From: Acidimicrobiia bacterium
GTDB lineage: Bacteria; Actinomycetota; Acidimicrobiia; Spongiisociales; ZC4RG35
Direction of reading: 5' to 3'
DNA: 64,000 nt
NCBI GenBank assembly: GCA_035281645.1
Contig: DATEDN010000145.1
Span: forward strand, 1,684-65,683
Shown: in pieces, positions 58,327 through 64,000 of the stretch
Position numbering within the stretch: the stretch's first letter is position 1
How the letters are laid out: each line of letters opens with the position of its first letter
The notes under the pieces: model-generated
Databases searched by the model: none
Told to the model about the DNA's origin: nothing
Seen by the model: only the letters and a program-made list of their open reading frames with translations
Made by a program: the position numbers and the translations under genes

Positions 58327-59801
58327 CCGCGTTGGTCGGCGCTATCGACCAAGGCACAACCAGCAGTCGATTCATCATCTTCGACGACTCGGGGCGAATC
58401 CTCGGACAAAGTCAGGAGGAGCACCGTCAGATCTTCCCGCGGCCCGGTTGGGTTGAGCATGACCCCACCGAGATCATCGAAAGCATCTGGCGGGTGATCG
58501 GGCGCGCCTTGGCCGAAGCAGGCTTGACGGCGAAGGATCTGGCAGCCGTTGGCATCACCAATCAACGGGAGACCACCGTCGCATGGGACCGCCGGACCGG
58601 CGTACCCCTCCACAACGCCATCGTCTGGCAGGACACCCGCACCGCCGAGCTCTGCAAAACACTGGGAAAGGAAGCCGGCCCCGACCGCTTCCGGCCGGTC
58701 ACCGGTCTTCCTCTCGCCACCTACTTCTCCGGTCCCAAGCTCGCTTGGCTTTTGCAGGAGGTTCCGGCCGTGGCCGATGCGGCCAAGCTTGAGAACCTCG
58801 CCTTCGGCACCATCGATGCCTGGATCCTGTCCAACCTGGTGGGACGCCATGTCACCGACGTCACCAATGCCTCCCGCACCCTCTTGATGGATCTGAGGAA
58901 AGGCGCGTGGAGCGAAGAGATTTGCGAGGCGATGGGGATTCCTTTGTCGTCATTGCCGGAGATTCATTCCTCCTCGGGGCGTGTCGGTGTGGGCACCGGA
59001 CCTCTTGAGGGAGTTCCGATCAGCGGCGTGCTCGGCGATCAGCAGGCAGCTCTCTTCGGTCAGCTCGGGTTGGAGGCGGGAGCGGCGAAGAACACCTATG
59101 GCACCGGATGCTTCCTTCTGCTCAATACCGGCAGCGCTCCGGTCCCGTCTGACCATGGACTGCTGACCACCGCCGCGTTCCGGTTGGAAAACGGACCTTT
59201 GAGGTTTGCCCTCGAGGGATCGGTGGCGGTGGCGGGCTCACTTGTGCAGTGGCTGCGGGACAACCTCGGCTTGATCGAGTCTGCGACCGAGGTCGAGGAA
59301 CTGGCAGCTTCGGTTGAGGACAATGGGGACGTCTACTTCGTGCCTGCATTCAGCGGGCTCTTTGCCCCCCACTGGCGCCCGGATGCGCGGGGCGTGGTGG
59401 TCGGTCTCACCCGCTTCGCCACTCGTGGCCACATCGCGCGGGCGGCTCTCGAGGCGACGGCTTTTCAGACTCAGGAGGTGGCCGAAGCGATGCGGGCTGA
59501 CTCGGGGATCGCCCTCGCGGAGTTGCGGGTCGACGGGGGCATGGTCCAAAACGAACTCTTGATGCAGTTCCAAGCGGACATCCTCGGAATCCCAGTGGTG
59601 CGACCGGTGGTGGCGGAGACCACCGCGTTGGGTGCGGCATATGCCGCCGGCCTTGCCGAGGGTGTATGGAGCTCAGTCTCGGAGTTGGATTCCAACTGGA
59701 GGGTTGATCGACGCTTCGAGCCCAAGATGGCCGAGGACCAGCGCCAGGCTCTCATCGATCGTTGGCGGCAGGCGGTTGGGCGCACCCTCGATTGGGTCTG
59801 A
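58323..59801 (+). CDS. glpK: Glycerol kinase
   Basis: GTGA overlap with the preceding stop. Motifs [35 protein letters not shown] and [10 protein letters not shown]. Confidence 0.95.
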   Translation: MTALVGAIDQGTTSSRFIIFDDSGRILGQSQEEHRQIFPRPGWVEHDPTEIIESIWRVIGRALAEAGLTAKDLAAVGITNQRETTVAWDRRTGVPLHNAIVWQDTRTAELCKTLGKEAGPDRFRPVTGLPLATYFSGPKLAWLLQEVPAVADAAKLENLAFGTIDAWILSNLVGRHVTDVTNASRTLLMDLRKGAWSEEICEAMGIPLSSLPEIHSSSGRVGVGTGPLEGVPISGVLGDQQAALFGQLGLEAGAAKNTYGTGCFLLLNTGSAPVPSDHGLLTTAAFRLENGPLRFALEGSVAVAGSLVQWLRDNLGLIESATEVEELAASVEDNGDVYFVPAFSGLFAPHWRPDARGVVVGLTRFATRGHIARAALEATAFQTQEVAEAMRADSGIALAELRVDGGMVQNELLMQFQADILGIPVVRPVVAETTALGAAYAAGLAEGVWSSVSELDSNWRVDRRFEPKMAEDQRQALIDRWRQAVGRTLDWV

Positions 59802-61388
59802 TCAGAGCCCTTCCGCCTCGAGCTCGCGGTGGAAAACCGAAAGCTCCTGGTCGCGCTGCGTATCAGACCACCCCAGCTCTTCCTGCATCGTCTCGGCAAT
59901 GGCAACCGCATCTTCACGACCATGATCTTCTGTCAGCAGCGACAGCCGCGTGCGTCGAAGTGCGAAATCGCCGATCGAGACTGCGGATTCGTTGCGGACG
60001 GCATGACCGACTTCACCGAGCAAGGTGACACCGTCGCTTAGGAGCCTCCGGCCGTTTGCAACCTCACCGACGATCTTCTCGACCGAGCTCGCCTCCGAAC
60101 CGTAGCGATGGAGCCCTCCGGTCCGCGGTGGTCCTCCTGCACCCACCAGGAGGACATGCTTGGTCCGCGACTTCGATTTGGAAGCGAGGAAACGGGTGAC
60201 CTGGTCGGCAACCTCGGCAGCGATCCGGCGGTAGGTGGTGAGCTTTCCTCCGGCGACGACGAGATACCCGGGTCCGGGCTCGGTGATCACATGCTCGCGC
60301 GAGGCCTCGGCGGTGGATTCGGCCCCTTGATCGGCCAGTGCTCGGAGTCCGGCGAAAGTAGAGACGGTGCTGACGTCTTTGACGTCCAGGTAACGGCGGA
60401 CGTGGTCGAGCAGATATTCAACATCTTCGGCCGAGGCGATGGGTCGATCGGGGGAGCCCTCGTAGGGGGTGTCGGTGGTACCGACCAGGGCATGGCCCGA
60501 CCAGGGAATGAGAAAGAGAACGCGGCCATCGTCGGTTTTCGGCAGCACGATCGCCCGGTCCAAAAGCCCGACGGCCTCGGCCGCCATGATCAAATGGGCT
60601 CCCTTGGAGAGGACCAACTGAGGTTGTGGATCTTCCCCCAGCGGAGGCGAACGGTAGGCACCGGTCGCCGAGACCACCGCCCGGGCTCGGAGCAGCCTCC
60701 TCCCACCGTCAACGAGGTCTTCGAGATCAATCTCGAATCCGCTGGCCGTCTCCTCGATTCGCTGCGCCTGCATTCGACTGACGGCAGTGCAACCGTGCCG
60801 GACTGCGGTTCTCGCCAGGGCGATTACCAGCCGGGCGTCGTCGGTCTGGGCGTCGGAGTAGGCGAAGCCTCCCCGCAGCCCTCCGGTGCGCAGAAGGGGA
60901 GCGGCTTTGCGGACCTCCGCGAGCGCAAGCCGGCGATGCCGCTCGCCCGGCCGGTTGAAACCTCCCAGGAGGTCGTAGACGATAAGCCCGGCGCCAAGGG
61001 CAATCGAAGCTCGACGTCCGCGAGCCGCCCAGGCAGGGGCGTCGGCGAGCCCGTGCTGGTCGTAAACGGGAACGACGAATTCGAGGGTTTGAAACAAGTA
61101 GTCGGCGATTCGGGCCAATACCCGTTGCTCACGCAGCCCTTCGGCGACCAGCTGGAACCGGAAATGGGGGAGGTAGCGGATGCCACCGTGAAAAAGCTTG
61201 GTCGACCGCCCGGAGGTGCCCGATGCCCAGTCCGCCTGCTCGATCAGGGCAACACGGAATCCCCGCGTTGTGAGGTCGAGAGCCACACCGCAGCCGATCA
61301 CTCCTCCTCCGACTACGACGACATCGAAGGAGCCTGGCTCTCCCAATCGACGGCGATGATCGGCACGGGTCCAGGAGGGGGCGAGCAT
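59802..61388 (-). CDS. glpD: FAD-dependent glycerol-3-phosphate dehydrogenase
   Basis: FAD fold FDVVVVGGGVIGCGVALD and SGTSGRSTKLFHGGIRYL. Confidence 0.92.
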   Translation of the reverse strand: MLAPSWTRADHRRRLGEPGSFDVVVVGGGVIGCGVALDLTTRGFRVALIEQADWASGTSGRSTKLFHGGIRYLPHFRFQLVAEGLREQRVLARIADYLFQTLEFVVPVYDQHGLADAPAWAARGRRASIALGAGLIVYDLLGGFNRPGERHRRLALAEVRKAAPLLRTGGLRGGFAYSDAQTDDARLVIALARTAVRHGCTAVSRMQAQRIEETASGFEIDLEDLVDGGRRLLRARAVVSATGAYRSPPLGEDPQPQLVLSKGAHLIMAAEAVGLLDRAIVLPKTDDGRVLFLIPWSGHALVGTTDTPYEGSPDRPIASAEDVEYLLDHVRRYLDVKDVSTVSTFAGLRALADQGAESTAEASREHVITEPGPGYLVVAGGKLTTYRRIAAEVADQVTRFLASKSKSRTKHVLLVGAGGPPRTGGLHRYGSEASSVEKIVGEVANGRRLLSDGVTLLGEVGHAVRNESAVSIGDFALRRTRLSLLTEDHGREDAVAIAETMQEELGWSDTQRDQELSVFHRELEAEGL

Positions 61389-61476
61389 CGGGCGAAAAGG
61401 TTAGGTACCGAGGTCGTTCGGTAAGATCGCCGCCCGGCAGCAAGCGCAAGGAGCCCTCATCTCGTTCCCTGATTGG

Positions 61477-62022
61477 TTGGCGTTCGGCCGGGTTCTGGTG
61501 GTCCCTGCAATCATGGCCCTGACCCGGTCCCAGGATCGAATCGACCACGCCCTGGGTTACGCCGCCGCCCTCTTCACCGTGGCGGCAATCACCGATTTTC
61601 TCGACGGTTATCTGGCCCGACGCTGGCATGTCGAGTCGGTCCTGGGCGCATTTCTCGACACCACCGCCGACAAACTCCTCGTGACCGGCACCCTGCTCGC
61701 TCTCACCTCGATAGGTCGGGTCTCGATCTGGGCCGCCCTCGTCATCATGATGCGCGAGTTCGCCGTGATGGGGCTGCGGGGTCTGGTTGCCCTCGGCGGG
61801 GGAATGGTGAAGCCCTCGACCTGGGGGAAGATCAAAGCCACCGCCCAATACGGAGCGATCGCCCTTGCCTTCATGCGTCTCCCCGACCGCTGGGGACCCT
61901 TCTTCTTGGACCAGTGGGTGATGTGGGTGGCGGTGTTGGTCACGATCGCCTCAGCATGGGGATATTTCGGGGCCTTCTCCAAGATGGTCATCGGGAGTCG
62001 TTCGAACGCCGCCAGTAGATGA
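61477..62022 (+). CDS. pgsA: CDP-diacylglycerol--glycerol-3-phosphate 3-phosphatidyltransferase
   Basis: CDP-alcohol phosphatidyltransferase motif DFLDGYLARRWHVESVLGAFLDTTADK. The TTG start is uncertain and may lie a few codons upstream. Confidence 0.85.
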   Translation: MAFGRVLVVPAIMALTRSQDRIDHALGYAAALFTVAAITDFLDGYLARRWHVESVLGAFLDTTADKLLVTGTLLALTSIGRVSIWAALVIMMREFAVMGLRGLVALGGGMVKPSTWGKIKATAQYGAIALAFMRLPDRWGPFFLDQWVMWVAVLVTIASAWGYFGAFSKMVIGSRSNAASR

Positions 62023-62972
62023 CGGTTGCGATCACCGGGGCGACCGGCGTGGTCGGGGGCGCGGTTCTGAGGCATCTCCTCGCCGACGGACAGAAGGTCC
62101 GGGCCCTGGTCCGCTCGGACCATCTCCTGCCCCCGGAAGTAGAGCGAATCCGGGGCGACGTACTCGACCCGGCATCGCTGCGGAGGGCATTCGAGGGGGT
62201 GACAACGGTCTTCCACGTTGCCGGTGTGAATCAGATGTGCAGCGCCGACCCCGGCCTAATGGAACGAGTCAATGTCCTCGGTACCCGCAACGTCGCCGAT
62301 GCCGCGTACGAAGCGGGAGCGCTGCTGGTTCACACCTCCTCGGCGGCCGTGCTGGGAGAGAACGAGGGCGAGATCGGCGACGAAAGTTCGGTGCCGCGGG
62401 CACCGTTGCCCAGTCGCTACGCCGACTCCAAATGGCGGGCGGAGCAAGAGCTCACCGAGCTATTCGGTCGGCAGCCGGTGGTAATTGTCAATCCCTCGTC
62501 GGTGCAAGGGCCAGGCCGGGTAACTGGGACGGGGCTGCTCTTGCTCAAGATGATGAGCGGCAAGCTGCGAACGATCGTCGACACCCGGATCTCGATCGTC
62601 GACATCGATGACTGCGCCGCCGGGCACCTGCTCGCCGGAACCATGGGCGAGCCCGGCCAGCGCTACATCCTCAACTCCTTCTCGATGACGACGCAGGAGG
62701 CGGTATCGGTGATTGAGTCCGTCATCGCTCACCCCCTTCGGGTGTCGTATGTGCCCGCTCCTCTTGTCAGGATCGCTGGTTTCGTCGTTGGCGGGTTGTT
62801 CAAGATTCTTCGACGCACCGCCCCCATCTGTGGGGAATCGGCGAGAGCGATACTCCACGGACATCTATTCGATGGATCCCGGGCCAGCCGAGAGCTGGGA
62901 CTGAAATACACGTCGGCCGATGTCACCTTTGGCCGTCTTCGAGATTGGGCTACGAAAGAAGGACTGCTGTGA
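62019..62972 (+). CDS. NAD-dependent epimerase/dehydratase family (extended SDR) protein
   Basis: ATGA overlap with the pgsA stop. Motifs VAITGATGVVGGAVLRHL and YADSK. Confidence 0.8.
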   Translation: MTVAITGATGVVGGAVLRHLLADGQKVRALVRSDHLLPPEVERIRGDVLDPASLRRAFEGVTTVFHVAGVNQMCSADPGLMERVNVLGTRNVADAAYEAGALLVHTSSAAVLGENEGEIGDESSVPRAPLPSRYADSKWRAEQELTELFGRQPVVIVNPSSVQGPGRVTGTGLLLLKMMSGKLRTIVDTRISIVDIDDCAAGHLLAGTMGEPGQRYILNSFSMTTQEAVSVIESVIAHPLRVSYVPAPLVRIAGFVVGGLFKILRRTAPICGESARAILHGHLFDGSRASRELGLKYTSADVTFGRLRDWATKEGLL

Positions 62973-63403
62973 TCTCGCCCGCGGAGGTGAACCAACTGGT
63001 GGAGTCAGAGTTCCCAGCCGCCCACGCCGGCGGCTACCGCTGCGTCGAACTGGGCGATCGCAGCGCAGTCGCCCGCTGGGAGCATGACTCGGCCGTCCTT
63101 CGCCCCGGTGGTTACGTCTCCGGCTTGACCCTCTTCGGGTTGGCCGATATCGCCCTCTGGTTCGCCACCTTCACCGTGGTCGGGCTCGAGCCAATGGCGG
63201 TCACGTCGGACCTCGCGATCTCGTTCCTCCGTCCCGCTGTTGGAGGCTCGGTGTTGGGTCGAGCCCAGCTCCTGCGAGTGGGATCAACCCGGATCTACGG
63301 GCAGATCGACATGTGGCTGGAAGGAGACGAAGGGCGCTTGGTCGCACAGGCGCACGGGAACTATTCGCCCCCGGCCGCCCGTCGCAAGTCAGGCTCGACA
63401 TAG
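62969..63403 (+). CDS. PaaI-family hotdog-fold thioesterase
   Basis: GTGA overlap with the preceding stop. Contains GGYVSGLTLFGLADIAL and a hotdog-like remainder. Confidence 0.72.
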   Translation: MISPAEVNQLVESEFPAAHAGGYRCVELGDRSAVARWEHDSAVLRPGGYVSGLTLFGLADIALWFATFTVVGLEPMAVTSDLAISFLRPAVGGSVLGRAQLLRVGSTRIYGQIDMWLEGDEGRLVAQAHGNYSPPAARRKSGST

Positions 63404-64000
63404 ATCGTCACCGCGCTCGGGACGGCCTGACGAATCGCCCGTTCCACGCGGTCGACAGCCGCGGCCAGCTGGGCGACATCGAGGTGTCGTTGGAATTCGA
63501 CTTTTGCCCCCACCAAAAGCTCATCGGGTCCCATGTGCTGGGTGCGACAGTGAATGAGACTGGTGACCTCCGGCTGGGAGGCAATGCTGGCTGAGATGGC
63601 GGCGATGACATCGTGTGACGCCGCCTCCCCAAGCAACAAGCCCTTGGTTTCGATGGCCAGGACGATGCCGATCGCCACTAGCAAGACGCCGATGGCAATC
63701 GACCCCACTGCGTCCCAGCGCGGGTCGCCGGTGGCGGCGGCCAGACTGACACCGATCAAGGCGAGAAAGAGACCGATCTCGGCCCCGACGTCTTCTAGCA
63801 AGACCACAGGCAGTTCCGGCGACTTCGAAGTGCGGATAAACCTCCACCAAGACACGTGGGCGGGCTTCAGGTGCTTGGCTTCGCGGACTGCGGTTCGAAG
63901 CGAAAAGGTCTCGAGCACGATCGCGACGATCAGGATCCCGATCGCGATCGCCAGGCTCTCGGTGGCGTGAGGGTGGCGTAACTTCTCAATCCCCTCGTAA
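63361..64000 (-). CDS. Cation diffusion facilitator family transporter, C-terminal part (5' end outside window)
   Basis: The frame stays open to the window edge (…YEGIEKLRHPHATESLAIAIGILIVAIVLETF…). TM helices and a C-terminal cytoplasmic domain (SLIHCRTQHMGPDELLVGAKVEF) are typical of CDF. Confidence 0.85.
   Translation of the reverse strand, partial: YEGIEKLRHPHATESLAIAIGILIVAIVLETFSLRTAVREAKHLKPAHVSWWRFIRTSKSPELPVVLLEDVGAEIGLFLALIGVSLAAATGDPRWDAVGSIAIGVLLVAIGIVLAIETKGLLLGEAASHDVIAAISASIASQPEVTSLIHCRTQHMGPDELLVGAKVEFQRHLDVAQLAAAVDRVERAIRQAVPSAVTIYVEPDLRRAAGGE

Overview
GC-rich, tightly packed chromosomal segment with about 70 CDS. Gene content suggests Actinomycetota, possibly Acidimicrobiia: NiSOD with SodX, KorAB, Mca/DinB-type enzymes and many Thr/Pro-rich lipoprotein linkers. 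This taxon call is inference, not a search result. The window is mostly core metabolism. It holds the glyA 3' end and a complete F1F0 ATP synthase operon (atpZ-I-B-E-F-H-A-G-D-C). A homogentisate dioxygenase gene precedes gnd, zwf and a histidine phosphatase gene. Also present are korAB, metG, an acetoacetyl-CoA synthetase gene, and a LacI-controlled GH65 phosphorylase and sugar ABC operon. The remainder includes deoC with two ALDH genes, pgl, rplY-pth, glpK/glpD and pgsA. I recognised no rRNA, tRNA, CRISPR array, transposase, integrase or prophage genes. I found no obvious multi-gene novel system such as a defence island. The most unusual items are listed here. (1) An HD-GYP phosphodiesterase has an extra TM helix and a C-terminal extracytoplasmic Thr/Pro linker plus cadherin/Big_9-like domain. 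(2) The NiSOD Ni-hook reads HCDLMCGVY, with Met where Pro is canonical. (3) A 51-nt intergenic element occurs twice, each time just after a stop codon, with a compensatory stem change. (4) A domain-deleted, probably non-catalytic ALDH paralogue is coupled to a canonical ALDH. (5) An envelope operon encodes two SBP-like proteins (one fused to vWA) and an XpaC/TelA-like membrane protein, and is co-linear with pgl. Many start codons were re-chosen from the ORF track using 4-nt or 1-nt stop/start overlaps and SD spacing. All functional calls rest on motif recognition by eye.
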